NCBI GenBank assembly: GCA_036677065.1
Contig: JAKFBS010000004.1
Span: forward strand, 64,001 to 128,000
DNA from: Bdellovibrio sp.
GTDB taxonomy: Bacteria; Bdellovibrionota; Bdellovibrionia; Bdellovibrionales; Bdellovibrionaceae
DNA: 64,000 nucleotides
Direction: 5' to 3'
A model generated the notes under the pieces. That model was not told where the DNA came from, did no database searches, and worked only from the letters and a program-made list of their open reading frames with translations. This document shows positions 1-10,259 of the stretch, one piece after another. Position 1 is the stretch's first letter. The number at the start of each line of letters is the position of its first letter. The translations under genes were made by a program, and so were the position numbers.

Positions 1-702
1 TTAGTTATCCCGTTTTATGCTAACGCTGATTTAGCCACTGACTTGTTAAAAGCTTCAGATCGCGCCCGTGGCAGCGTAAAAGATGGCGTTCAGTGGAATG
101 CCGTGATCGAAACCCAAGAAAACGGTGAAAGCAGTACGCGCGAATTTAATATTAAAGCAAAAGGTGACGATGCTTATGTTGAATCGACAAAGCCTGCAAA
201 AAACAAAGGCGAGATTTATATTTTTAATGATCGCAACATGTGGTTTTTTAAACCATCACTTAAAAAGCCTATTTCAATTTCAGCCCGCCAAAAATTAACA
301 GGGCAAGCGGCTAACGGGGATATTGCTTCGACTCACTATGCACGTGATTACGCTGCAGTTATTGAAAAAACTGAGCTGTTAAATGGCGATAAAATGCACG
401 TGTTATTATTAACAGCGAAATCTAAAAGTTTAACTTATGATAAAATCAGATACTGGATCAGTGATAAAACAAAATTAGCCATGAAGGCCGAATTTTTAAC
501 TCTACAAGGTAAGCCTTTTAAAGTAGGACTATTAAAATACGGCAACACTTTAACTGCCGGTGGAGAGACTTTTCCGTTTATCAGCGAGCTAGTGATTGTG
601 GATGCGAAGTTTGGCAATAACAAGAGCACTATTAATTACAAAACTCCTAAAGTGGTTCAGTTATCAAATTCGATTTTTAATGTGAATAACCTAACGAGAT
701 AA
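1..702 (+). CDS. Outer-membrane lipoprotein-sorting protein (LolA-like), 5'-truncated by window edge
   Basis: Frame is open from base 1 (LVIPFYANADLATDLL..., tail of a signal peptide). It carries the motifs 'WFFKPSLKKPISIS', 'GQAANGDIASTHYARDY' and 'YDKIRYWI' typical of this family and lies directly upstream of an FtsX/LolE permease. Confidence 0.75.
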   Translation, partial: LVIPFYANADLATDLLKASDRARGSVKDGVQWNAVIETQENGESSTREFNIKAKGDDAYVESTKPAKNKGEIYIFNDRNMWFFKPSLKKPISISARQKLTGQAANGDIASTHYARDYAAVIEKTELLNGDKMHVLLLTAKSKSLTYDKIRYWISDKTKLAMKAEFLTLQGKPFKVGLLKYGNTLTAGGETFPFISELVIVDAKFGNNKSTINYKTPKVVQLSNSIFNVNNLTR

Positions 703-706
703 TTTA

Positions 707-2020
707 ATGATTCTAAAGATCGCTCTTCGCAACACTATAAAAAACTGGCGCCATTCGATTTCGGCGTTATTAAGCTTATCGGCTTCGTTTGTGTCGTTAG
801 TGCTGTTTGATGGTTATATGGACGATGTTAAAGCCATGTATATTGATAATTTTACCCACCGTCAGATGTTGGGCGATATTATTATTGAACACAAAGATCA
901 GTATTCAAAAGAGGGCATTAGTTCTCCTTGGGAGTTTTGGATCAGTAAAGAAGATCAGATTTACATTCAGCAAAAAGTAACTGCTGAGCCGGTTAAGGCT
1001 GAAATCCTTATTCGCAATTTAAATTTTCAGGGAATGATCACCAATGGAGTTCAATCGCAGATTTTATTAGGGCGTGGTTATGATCCGGTTGAAGGTGAAA
1101 AAATGCGTGGTAAAAATTGGTCATGGAATGTGACCTATGGAACACCCCTGGATCGCCAAGAGAGTGCTTTCACCGGCGCCTTAGGGCAAGGCTTAGCCAG
1201 AAAACTTGCGTGCACCTGGACAAAAGATCCTAACGTTATGACCTTTTATGGTGGCTATGAACAAATTGATAGGCCATTTGATTGTCTGACAAAAGATTTA
1301 CAAATTTCATCAACAACAGTCGATGGTCAGTTAAATGCCATTGATATCACGGCGGTTGCACTTATGGATGCTGGATATAAAGACGTTGATGACCGTTATA
1401 TTCAGACCTCGCTTGAGGCGGCGCAAACATTAATGAACACCGATAAGGTAAGTTTTATTTCAATTTCAACGGCAGGCCGGTCTGTAGATGAAGCGATTGA
1501 TTACCTAAACACTGATGTTTTTAAAGATAAAAAATATTTACTAGCGCAGCGTTGGCAAAATCACCGACTAGGTGAGATGTACACAAAGACGATGGATTTT
1601 TTATCGATCTTCAGAAATTTTGTGGTCGTTGTGATTGTGCTGGTTTCAACTTTGTCAGTGTTAAATACCATGGTCAAGCTTGTGAAGGAACGTACGCGCG
1701 AAATCGGAACTATGCGAAGTATTGGTTTTTTACCACAGCAAGTGGTGAAGATGTTCTTTCTGGAAAGTGTGTTTTTATCAGTGATGGGAACAGCTGTCGG
1801 AGCTGTCATGGCGTTAGGGCTTACGTTCATTTTTAATTCAGTTAAAATTATGTATAAAGCGGGGCTTTTATCGGAGCCAGTGGCATTTCGAATTGCGTTT
1901 TATCCTGATGCTTATGTAGCTGCCTTTATTTTATTAGTATCTGTTGGAACAGTGGCTACGTATTTTGCTACAAGACAAATTATTAAAAGTAAGATTATTG
2001 ATAATTTAACGTATGTGTAA
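707..2020 (+). CDS. ABC transporter permease, FtsX/LolE/MacB family
   Basis: N-terminal 'ALRN..KNWRHS' plus a TM helix, a large periplasmic domain, 'ERTREIGTMRSIG', and three C-terminal TM helices. Confidence 0.85.
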   Translation: MILKIALRNTIKNWRHSISALLSLSASFVSLVLFDGYMDDVKAMYIDNFTHRQMLGDIIIEHKDQYSKEGISSPWEFWISKEDQIYIQQKVTAEPVKAEILIRNLNFQGMITNGVQSQILLGRGYDPVEGEKMRGKNWSWNVTYGTPLDRQESAFTGALGQGLARKLACTWTKDPNVMTFYGGYEQIDRPFDCLTKDLQISSTTVDGQLNAIDITAVALMDAGYKDVDDRYIQTSLEAAQTLMNTDKVSFISISTAGRSVDEAIDYLNTDVFKDKKYLLAQRWQNHRLGEMYTKTMDFLSIFRNFVVVVIVLVSTLSVLNTMVKLVKERTREIGTMRSIGFLPQQVVKMFFLESVFLSVMGTAVGAVMALGLTFIFNSVKIMYKAGLLSEPVAFRIAFYPDAYVAAFILLVSVGTVATYFATRQIIKSKIIDNLTYV

Positions 2021-3263
2021 ATGGGTCATTATCTTATTATTGCAGCTTCCACTAATAGCGAGTGCGCAGAACTTTGAGTTTGCATTTAGTTATGAAGCCT
2101 ATTTATTTGGTGAACAGCGTGATTATGCAGATTCAGTTTTAAATCTGGGAAATGAAGTTTTAAAAGTGCCTGAAACAGCAGGGTTTTTGGATCAGCGCGC
2201 TGAATTTAAATGGTTAATCAATGATGCAAAAATTATTTTTCGTCCAAGAATAGTTTCTTACCAGCAAAATTATAAAACTGAACAGACATTAAAAGAAGAA
2301 ACACAAAGTGACGCGGATATTAATTTAACCGATGCATTTTACGAACAGTACATCACGGACCGCATTTTTACGACGGTGGGTTTGCAAGTTTACCAATGGG
2401 GTCCAGCAGAAGTTTTAAACCCCTCAAATCCATTCTTTCATTTTAATACAAATCAACGAAGCATTGTGTATAAAGAAAAAGGTAAAGCGCTGGTGCGATT
2501 AAACTGGAATGCCAAAGCTGATAACAACTTTGTTTTTATGGTTGAACCTGTTGCAAATAATGAAACCCACTGGATAGCTGAAGAAAAATTTAAACCGCAG
2601 GTTGCAGCAAAATTTGAAATGGCATGGACAGGTACGAGAAATTTCTTAGGCTTTGTGGCAGGAATTCCTGATAATGCCGATTTTTTTATCGGTGAGTACT
2701 TTCAATATGAATTTATTGAGGGTTTCAGTATTTACGCTGACGCTAAACACAGTGTGAATGCTTTTTTCTATGAACCGCAAACACAAGGTCTGTTTCAGCG
2801 CATGTTACCGCGCAATCAAGATGGGTCTGTAAGCACATTAGCGGTGGGTGGGCTTCGCTATGAAGATACTTTTGATGCGCGCTTAGAGTATATTTATAAT
2901 TCAGCAGGATATGATCAGATGACTTTTGATAGTGCGCTGATTGGTAATTCGCAGATTTCTCCGTTTCTAATTGAAAACATTAAACGCTTTCAGTTATCTG
3001 GATTAGAGTTGTTAAGTCAGAACTACGTCTATTTCTCAGTGAGAAAAACGGATCCCTTTGGTATTAAAGATTTGAGTTTGTTTTTTAGATCTTTGACATC
3101 GCTAATGGATAGTTCTGGCGTTGAGCAATTTGAATTTGATAAATCAGTCTTAGATTGGGCAAATATCTTTGGCCAATATTCTGTCTATCGCGGCGAGCAA
3201 GATAGTGAATTTAAATTAGTCGATGATTGGAAAGCTTCAATCGGTGCTAAATTCATTTATTAA
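2013..3263 (+). CDS. Putative outer-membrane beta-barrel protein
   Basis: Signal peptide, alternating amphipathic strands, 'GLQVYQWG', C-terminal aromatic (KFIY); third member of the LolA-like/LolE-like module. Confidence 0.6.
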   Translation: MCKWVIILLLQLPLIASAQNFEFAFSYEAYLFGEQRDYADSVLNLGNEVLKVPETAGFLDQRAEFKWLINDAKIIFRPRIVSYQQNYKTEQTLKEETQSDADINLTDAFYEQYITDRIFTTVGLQVYQWGPAEVLNPSNPFFHFNTNQRSIVYKEKGKALVRLNWNAKADNNFVFMVEPVANNETHWIAEEKFKPQVAAKFEMAWTGTRNFLGFVAGIPDNADFFIGEYFQYEFIEGFSIYADAKHSVNAFFYEPQTQGLFQRMLPRNQDGSVSTLAVGGLRYEDTFDARLEYIYNSAGYDQMTFDSALIGNSQISPFLIENIKRFQLSGLELLSQNYVYFSVRKTDPFGIKDLSLFFRSLTSLMDSSGVEQFEFDKSVLDWANIFGQYSVYRGEQDSEFKLVDDWKASIGAKFIY

Positions 3264-3388
3264 TTCTTATTTCGTTAAAACAAATGACGCATTAAAATTG
3301 CTCGGGGTTTCGGTTTACATTGTAAACCCAAAACATGAGCGTCGAAAAATAGGCACAGCTAGCGAGTGATCTCTTAATCAGTAATTGG

Positions 3389-4171
3389 CTAGTTGTGCGA
3401 GTTCGAAATAATCTTATCGACGATTTCACAAAATCCGTGGCCTGATTCAGAAGGTGAAACATAACTTGGCAAGTGCTTCATCTGTGATGAAAAATTGCGA
3501 ATGTTCGCTACGCCAAACGTGTGACGAAAACTTTCAAACAATGGTTCATCATTGGGTGAATCACCGACATAAGCACATTGTTCTAAAATTTGAGCTTCAG
3601 TTAAGCCGAATTCTTTTTGTAATAAAAGTTTTGCGGTAGTGACCTTATTAAAATTACCAAACCAGCCGTTCACATGAATTGAACTTACTTTTGCGGTGGC
3701 ACCATGAGCGTGAAATACATCGACGATTTGTTTTATTTCGCTATCTGTTAGGCGAGGAATGTCTTCGCAGAAATCTATGGCTAGATCGTAAATGCGACAA
3801 AATTGATCTGCTGAAATTGCAGCATTGGGAATTTTCTGTTTAATTTCGGCTGCAATGATTTGCAATTTTTTTTGATTTTCGCTTAAAGTTTTTTCATCGG
3901 AAAAATTCCAGCGCTGCATTTTTTTGTCGTGATAACGATAATACAGGCCGCCATTTTCACCGATCACTGCATCAATTGGCCAAAAGCGGGCGATCATGTC
4001 GCACCAACCAGCCGGACGTCCAGTCACAGGGATCACGGTGATACCATGCTGCTTCAATTTGCTTATTGCAGAGTAAGATTCGCTGCTCAACTGGCCATTC
4101 GTCGTGATCGTGTCGTCGATGTCGGTAAGCAAAAATTTGATTTTATGCGCGAACTCAGCAAGGGGCTTCAT
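3389..4171 (-). CDS. HAD-superfamily hydrolase, subfamily IIB
   Basis: Motifs DIDDT, VTGR, ENGG, K and GDSPND. Confidence 0.85.
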   Translation of the reverse strand: MKPLAEFAHKIKFLLTDIDDTITTNGQLSSESYSAISKLKQHGITVIPVTGRPAGWCDMIARFWPIDAVIGENGGLYYRYHDKKMQRWNFSDEKTLSENQKKLQIIAAEIKQKIPNAAISADQFCRIYDLAIDFCEDIPRLTDSEIKQIVDVFHAHGATAKVSSIHVNGWFGNFNKVTTAKLLLQKEFGLTEAQILEQCAYVGDSPNDEPLFESFRHTFGVANIRNFSSQMKHLPSYVSPSESGHGFCEIVDKIISNSHN

Positions 4172-4278
4172 TGGTATCCTTCTGCCGGAGGCGGAGCTCA
4201 GACAAAGAAAGCAGTTGTTTTTTATATGTAGTCACTACATATAATATAGACACTCTATCATAAAGGATACAACACACA

Positions 4279-6972
4279 ATGGCTAAAAAAGCTGCAGCAT
4301 CGGGTGATTCAAGTTCCGGGATTAAGTTAGTTATCGTTGAATCACCGACGAAGGCCAAAACAATTCGTAAATTTTTAGGCAAAGATTATATCGTTGAATC
4401 TTGCATGGGCCACATTCGCGATCTGCCACAATCTTCAAAAGATATTCCTGAAAAAGTTAAAAAAGAAAAATGGGCACAGTTGGGTGTGAACGTCGATAAA
4501 AATTTCGAGCCGTTGTACTGCATTCCCAAAGATAAAATTAAAGTTATAAAAAATTTAAAAGATAAACTTGAAGATGCAGACATGCTGTATCTAGCAACCG
4601 ATGAAGACCGCGAAGGTGAATCAATCAGCTGGCATTTACAAGAAGTTTTAAAACCACGTGTGCCGACAAAACGCATGGTGTTTCATGAGATCACGAAAGA
4701 AGCGATTAATAAGTCGTTAAATGAAACTAGAGAGATTGATTATAACTTAGTGCGTGCACAAGAAGCTCGCCGTATTTTAGATCGTTTGGTGGGTTATACA
4801 ATTTCTCCGTTACTATGGAAAAAAGTGGCTTACGGATTATCTGCAGGCCGCGTGCAATCAGTAGCTGTAAAACTTATCGTCGATCGTGAAAAAGAACGCA
4901 TCCGTTTTAAAAAATCAAATTACTATGGGTTAACAGCGTATTTAGATAAAGCTGGCGAAGGTTTTGAAGCAAAACTTTTAACTGTTGATCAAAAGCGTGT
5001 AGCGACTGGTAAAGATTTCGATGGTTTAACAGGACAGTTAAATGCAGGAAAAGATGTATTAGTTCTTGATGCAAAAGCATCACAAGCTTTAGCTTCAAAA
5101 GTACAGGCTGCTGCATGGAAAGTAACTGAAGTTGAAGAAAAACCAGTTCATCGTAAGCCATATGCTCCGTTCATCACTTCGACTCTGCAACAAGAGGCCA
5201 ATCGTAAACTTGGAATGAGTTCGCGTGAAGCAATGCAAGTGGCGCAAAAACTTTACGAGCAGGGTTTCATTACTTATATGCGTACAGATTCTACGTCATT
5301 ATCACAAGAGGCTATCAAGGCCGCTCGTGAAGCGATCGTTGATAAATACGGTAAAGATTATTTGCCGGCAGAACCGCGTATTTATAGCGGTAAAAAAGTA
5401 AAGGGTGCGCAAGAGGCCCATGAGTGTATTCGTCCGGCGGGAACACAATTTCAAGATCCAGATGCAACTGGATTAATCGGCCCACAATTAAAACTTTATG
5501 ATTTAATCTGGAAGCGCACGATGGCTTCACAAATGACTGACTCGCGCCAAAAACAAGTGTCAGCAAAACTATCTGCAGAGAACACGATCTTTAATGCCAC
5601 AGGCACGACGATTGAGTTTCCGGGATTTTTACGTGCTTACGTAGAAGGTTCGGATGATCCAGAAGCAGATTTAGAATCTCGCGAAGTGCGCTTACCACAA
5701 TTAAAACAAAATGATTCTGTTAAGGCGCAAAAAATGGAACCCACGGCGCATGAAACAAAGCCACCAGCGCGTTTTACAGAGGCCTCACTAGTGCAAACGA
5801 TGGAAAAAGAAGGCATTGGCCGTCCATCTACTTACGCAAGCGTTATCGGTACAATCGTAGATCGTGGTTACGTAAAAAAAGTGGGCAATGCATTGATTCC
5901 AACTTTCACAGCAATGGTTGTTTCAAAACTTTTAACAAACCATTTAACTCAGTATGTGGATTTGGGATTTACTTCAGCGATGGAGTTATCACTGGATAAT
6001 ATCGCCGAAGGTGATTTAAACTGGGAAAAATATTTGAATAGTGTTTATCACGGTGATGCAGGACTTCGTGCTTTAGTTGCTAGAGAAGAAGGAAACATTG
6101 ATCCAGAAACTGCACGTACAATTAAACTTGATGGTTTAGAAAAGTACGAGTTTCATGTTGGTAAATATGGCGCTTACGTAAAAACAAAAAGAGGCGAAGA
6201 ATCTTTCAGTGCTTCGATTCCAGATGCCGAAGCTCCTGCTGATGTGACTTCAGAATCTATCGAAAAATTAATTGAACAAAAATTAAAAGGTGCAGACTCA
6301 TTAGGTGTTGATCCAAAAACCGGTAAAAAGATTTATGTACTTAACGGTCGTTACGGTGCGTATGTGCAATTAGGTGAGAACGATGATGAAGAAATCAAAC
6401 GTTCAACATTGCCTCCGGGTATGGATCCGATTGCTGTAACTTATGAAATGGCTTTAGAAATTTTAGCATTACCAAAATCATTAGGAATAAATCCTGGTAA
6501 CGGTAAAGACATCAAAGCTGGCGTTGGACGTTTTGGACCATACGTAGTCTGTGATGGCGATTACCGTTCGATTCCAAAAACAGAATCGGTTTTTACGATG
6601 AATTTAGAAAAGGCGTTAGCCTTATTTGCGATTCCGAAAAAGGGCCGTGGTAAAGCTGCTGCTCTTAAAGAATTTGGTAAACATCCAAACTTTGATGTTG
6701 AAGTGAGTTTATTTAACGGACCTTATGGCCCGTACTTAAAAGCCGGTAAAACAAATGTTGGCTTACCCGAAGATGTGACCGCTGATAACATCACTAAAGA
6801 GAAGGCTTTCGAGCTAATGAATGAGAAATTAGCTGAAGCTAGCCCTGCTAAAGGTAAAAAGGCGAAGGGCTCTAAAAAATCAGCTAAAACTGTTAAAAAA
6901 GCACCCGCTTCTACCGAAAAAGCAGAAGCTCCAGTGGCAAAGAAGAAAGTGATTACTAAAAAGAAGAAATAG
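4279..6972 (+). CDS. topA: DNA topoisomerase I (type IA) with Topo-C repeats and Lys-rich tail
   Basis: IVESPTKAKTI, ATDEDREGE, SAGRVQS, GFITYMRTDS, AQEAHECIRP, GIGRPSTY; C-terminal G[RK][FY]G[AP]Y repeats. Confidence 0.97.
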   Translation: MAKKAAASGDSSSGIKLVIVESPTKAKTIRKFLGKDYIVESCMGHIRDLPQSSKDIPEKVKKEKWAQLGVNVDKNFEPLYCIPKDKIKVIKNLKDKLEDADMLYLATDEDREGESISWHLQEVLKPRVPTKRMVFHEITKEAINKSLNETREIDYNLVRAQEARRILDRLVGYTISPLLWKKVAYGLSAGRVQSVAVKLIVDREKERIRFKKSNYYGLTAYLDKAGEGFEAKLLTVDQKRVATGKDFDGLTGQLNAGKDVLVLDAKASQALASKVQAAAWKVTEVEEKPVHRKPYAPFITSTLQQEANRKLGMSSREAMQVAQKLYEQGFITYMRTDSTSLSQEAIKAAREAIVDKYGKDYLPAEPRIYSGKKVKGAQEAHECIRPAGTQFQDPDATGLIGPQLKLYDLIWKRTMASQMTDSRQKQVSAKLSAENTIFNATGTTIEFPGFLRAYVEGSDDPEADLESREVRLPQLKQNDSVKAQKMEPTAHETKPPARFTEASLVQTMEKEGIGRPSTYASVIGTIVDRGYVKKVGNALIPTFTAMVVSKLLTNHLTQYVDLGFTSAMELSLDNIAEGDLNWEKYLNSVYHGDAGLRALVAREEGNIDPETARTIKLDGLEKYEFHVGKYGAYVKTKRGEESFSASIPDAEAPADVTSESIEKLIEQKLKGADSLGVDPKTGKKIYVLNGRYGAYVQLGENDDEEIKRSTLPPGMDPIAVTYEMALEILALPKSLGINPGNGKDIKAGVGRFGPYVVCDGDYRSIPKTESVFTMNLEKALALFAIPKKGRGKAAALKEFGKHPNFDVEVSLFNGPYGPYLKAGKTNVGLPEDVTADNITKEKAFELMNEKLAEASPAKGKKAKGSKKSAKTVKKAPASTEKAEAPVAKKKVITKKKK

Positions 6973-6974
6973 AT

Positions 6975-7877
6975 ATGTCAGACGAAAATAAAAAAGGCCA
7001 GCTCGAGCTGGGACAAACTAGATCAAAAGAGCCCGATAGAAATCTTCATCGCGGCGGTCGAAGTTTTTATTTTTTCGACTTCGATGACAACATTGCTTTT
7101 TTAACGACTCCCTTAATTTTATTTCATAAAGAAACCAAAGAAGAATTACATTTATCCAGCGCTGAATGGGCTGTACAACATTCAAGTATTGGCAAATCAG
7201 GCCCTTACGAACATTACAATATCGATTGGGATGATGCTAACGGTACATTCAGATGTTTTCGTGACGTAAACATCGAGGAGATAGAGCGTCAGCAAGGAAA
7301 AAAACAAACTTTCGTGCAAGATGTGATGTTGGCGCTTGGCCATCCAGACGGACAGTGGAAAGGTCCTTCGTGGGATTGTTTTTATCATGCAGTATTTAAT
7401 CAACGTCCGATTTCGGTGATCACAGCGCGCGGCCATTCATCTGCGACTTTGCGTGCTGGTATTTATGAATTCGTAAAAAATGGCCATTTACCTTTAGAGC
7501 CAAACTATTTAAGTCTATTTGCCTGCAGTAATAAACAAGTTCGCCATGGTTTTGGTGATACTGAATACAAAATGTCGACGGCAGAGTTAAAACAAAAGGC
7601 CATTCGTGCCTCGGTTGAGCGTGCGATTGAAGTTTACGGTTACAGCCCACATCACCGTTTTGGCATGAGTGATGATGATCCACGGAATATCCAATTGATC
7701 GTTGAAGAGATGACTCGACTAAAGTCGCAGTACCCAGAGATGTCATTTTTCATGATCGAGACTCATGGTGGGGATTTCGTGAAGCACGAGATTTCGCAGC
7801 ACGGCTTATTAACGCCGCTTGTAAATGATGGTCTAGAGCAACTGGATTTATTTGATCAGCTTTCTAAACGAAAATAG
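6975..7877 (+). CDS. Uncharacterised HAD-fold protein
   Basis: FFDFDDNI (motif I), ITARGH (motif II), K and MSDDDPRN (motif IV); starts 2 nt after the topA stop. Confidence 0.55.
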   Translation: MSDENKKGQLELGQTRSKEPDRNLHRGGRSFYFFDFDDNIAFLTTPLILFHKETKEELHLSSAEWAVQHSSIGKSGPYEHYNIDWDDANGTFRCFRDVNIEEIERQQGKKQTFVQDVMLALGHPDGQWKGPSWDCFYHAVFNQRPISVITARGHSSATLRAGIYEFVKNGHLPLEPNYLSLFACSNKQVRHGFGDTEYKMSTAELKQKAIRASVERAIEVYGYSPHHRFGMSDDDPRNIQLIVEEMTRLKSQYPEMSFFMIETHGGDFVKHEISQHGLLTPLVNDGLEQLDLFDQLSKRK

Positions 7878-8066
7878 TTTTATTTAAACAAACTGATTCG
7901 GATTAAGACATTTTTTGACTCTTACTTGCTATCACTTAACATAATACTTGTTTGCAGGTTAAGACGAAGGGCATAACTGCCAATATTGTCTGCACTCTTA
8001 TCAAGAGTAGGTCTATAATAACCGTTAGTATATTGTAGTACTAAACAGTTAAGGAAGCACTTACCT

Positions 8067-10094
8067 ATGAAATCACAAAAGTATTTATTGGCAGCCGCAG
8101 CAGCAGTTCTGGCATTGTCTTATGCACAACCAGAAGCGCATGCGCAGATCTTTGATTTTAATAAAACATTAGATTGTAACTGGGTAGACCCCATTCAATC
8201 AGCGTATTTAGCGAATCACTTAACTTATAAAAGCGAAGATGCAGAATTGCAAAAGCGTGTAGTTGAGCAATACATCAAACGCCAAGATCCGGCAAAAATT
8301 TACCTAGTTCAAAGCGATGTTGATCAAATCAAATCCACTTTGAAAAATCTTTTTGAATCTTTAAAAAAGAAAGATTGTAAATTTATCGCTTCGATTCAAG
8401 ACACCGTATTAAAACGCGCTGGTGAAAGAGTTGAATTCGTTAAGTCTTACTTAGGAAAAGATTTTAAATTTAATAAAGACACTGAGTTTGTTTATGATCC
8501 AGATAAAAAGGATTACCCAAAAACTCAAAAAGAAGCTGAAGAATTTTTAGCTAAATATGTACAGTTTCAAGTAGCTAACTACTTAGCAACTGACATCAAA
8601 CTTGATGAAGCTAAAACGCGCGTAATTAAAAACTACGAAAGAAATTTAAAACGTCTTAAAGATATCAAATACGATGATTTAGTAGCTAATTACTTAAATT
8701 CATTCGCCTTAGCTTTAGATCCGCATTCATCTTTTTTTAGCAAAGATTACTACGAAGATTTTAATATCGACATGAAATTAAAATTAGAAGGTATCGGCGC
8801 GACACTTTCTCAAGATGATGGTTTTACAACTATTGAAGCTTTAGTCACTGGTGGAGCTGCGGCGAAATCGGGCCAATTAGAGCCAAAAGATAAAATTGTG
8901 GCAGTTAGTAAAGGCAACAAAATGGAAAACGTTGTCGACATGGAATTAAAAGATGTCGTGAAACTTATCCGTGGTCCAAAAGGCACGAAAGTAAAATTAT
9001 CTATTTTACGTAAAGAAGCTTCAGGTAACAAAAAATTCGAAGTTGAATTAACTCGTGAAGTTATCGCTTTAGAAGACAACGCGATCACAATTTATTACCA
9101 AGATAAAGTGATCAATGGTGAAACTAAAAAAATCGGTATTATTAACTTTCCATCTTTCTATGCTGATTCTGGTAAAGGCGGAAAAACATCTTCTGCTGAT
9201 ATGAGAAAAGTTTTAGCTGATGCTAAAGCTAAAAAAGCAGATGGTATCGTGATCGATCTTTCGAACAATGGTGGTGGATCATTGGATGACGCTGTCAAAA
9301 TCGGTGGTATGTTTATTAAAACCGGTAACATCGTAAAACAATCTTCACGTCGTGGCGCTGAAACTCCACTAGCTGACACCGATGAAAAAGTTGACTGGGA
9401 CGGACCAGTGGTTGTGTTAACCTCACGTGTATCGGCTTCAGCTTCTGAAATTTTATCAGGTGCTTTAAAAGATTATAATCGCGCAGTCATTGTTGGTGGT
9501 GATCACACTTACGGAAAAGGCTCAATCCAAACAGTTCTTCCGATTCCGGGTGAACTTGGAGCTTTAAAAGTAACTATCGGTATGTTCTTTATTCCGGGTG
9601 GATATTCAACACAACATAAAGGTGTTGATGCAGATATCGTATTCCCGTCTCCGTATCATGTAGATGATATCGGTGAAAAATCGATGGATTACTCATTACC
9701 TCCGAAAAAGATCGACCAATTCGTTTCTAAAGAAGCGACTGTTGGTAAAGGCGAAGGTCAATGGAATACGATTAAGCCTGAATGGATTAAGGCTTTAAAA
9801 CAACGTGCAGATGAGCGTATTGCTAAAAACGAAGAGTTCAAAAAGATCTCTGAAGAGTTAGAAAAAACGAAGAAGCTTGGTAAAACAATTAAAGTGGCTG
9901 AAATCGTAAAAGAAAAAGACAAAACTGAAAAAGAAAAAGCCAAAGCTAAAAAAGCTAACAAGTACGCTGCTAAAGCTGAAAAAGAAAAAGAATTCTTAAA
10001 ACGCCCAGAAGTTCAGGAAGCGGCAAATATCTTAGGAGACTTAATTATCCTTGAAGAAGGCAAAGTTAAGGACTTAACGAAATTAGGTTCATAA
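8067..10094 (+). CDS. prc: Carboxy-terminal processing (tail-specific) protease, S41A, Prc/Tsp type
   Basis: Signal peptide, LDPHS, PDZ domain (GIGA...IRGPKGTKV), DLSNNGGGSL, SASASEI, GKGSIQ. Confidence 0.85.
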   Translation: MKSQKYLLAAAAAVLALSYAQPEAHAQIFDFNKTLDCNWVDPIQSAYLANHLTYKSEDAELQKRVVEQYIKRQDPAKIYLVQSDVDQIKSTLKNLFESLKKKDCKFIASIQDTVLKRAGERVEFVKSYLGKDFKFNKDTEFVYDPDKKDYPKTQKEAEEFLAKYVQFQVANYLATDIKLDEAKTRVIKNYERNLKRLKDIKYDDLVANYLNSFALALDPHSSFFSKDYYEDFNIDMKLKLEGIGATLSQDDGFTTIEALVTGGAAAKSGQLEPKDKIVAVSKGNKMENVVDMELKDVVKLIRGPKGTKVKLSILRKEASGNKKFEVELTREVIALEDNAITIYYQDKVINGETKKIGIINFPSFYADSGKGGKTSSADMRKVLADAKAKKADGIVIDLSNNGGGSLDDAVKIGGMFIKTGNIVKQSSRRGAETPLADTDEKVDWDGPVVVLTSRVSASASEILSGALKDYNRAVIVGGDHTYGKGSIQTVLPIPGELGALKVTIGMFFIPGGYSTQHKGVDADIVFPSPYHVDDIGEKSMDYSLPPKKIDQFVSKEATVGKGEGQWNTIKPEWIKALKQRADERIAKNEEFKKISEELEKTKKLGKTIKVAEIVKEKDKTEKEKAKAKKANKYAAKAEKEKEFLKRPEVQEAANILGDLIILEEGKVKDLTKLGS

Positions 10095-10121
10095 TTTAAA
10101 ACTGAAAATTTTACATTTTTT

Positions 10122-10153
10122 AAAGGGAGAGTCGAAAAACTCTCCCTTTTTTT
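10122..10153 (+). terminator. Intrinsic terminator after the protease gene
   Basis: AAAGGGAGAGT-CGAAAA-ACTCTCCCTTT followed by a T-run. Confidence 0.85.
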
Positions 10154-10259
10154 ATTCTAGGGGCTTAATGCGTCAGTTGGCGAATTAGTGATTTATCTTT
10201 AAAAAAAACAGTGTATACCCTGAGGGGCTCTATTTAGGCTGCTTGCAAGAGGGGTATTC

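Noticed and set aside
7989..8013. TGCACTC-N7-GAGTAGG upstream of prc as a CIRCE/HrcA site
   Set aside because: The spacing is 7 rather than 9 and the outer arms do not match TTAGCACTC/GAGTGCTAA.
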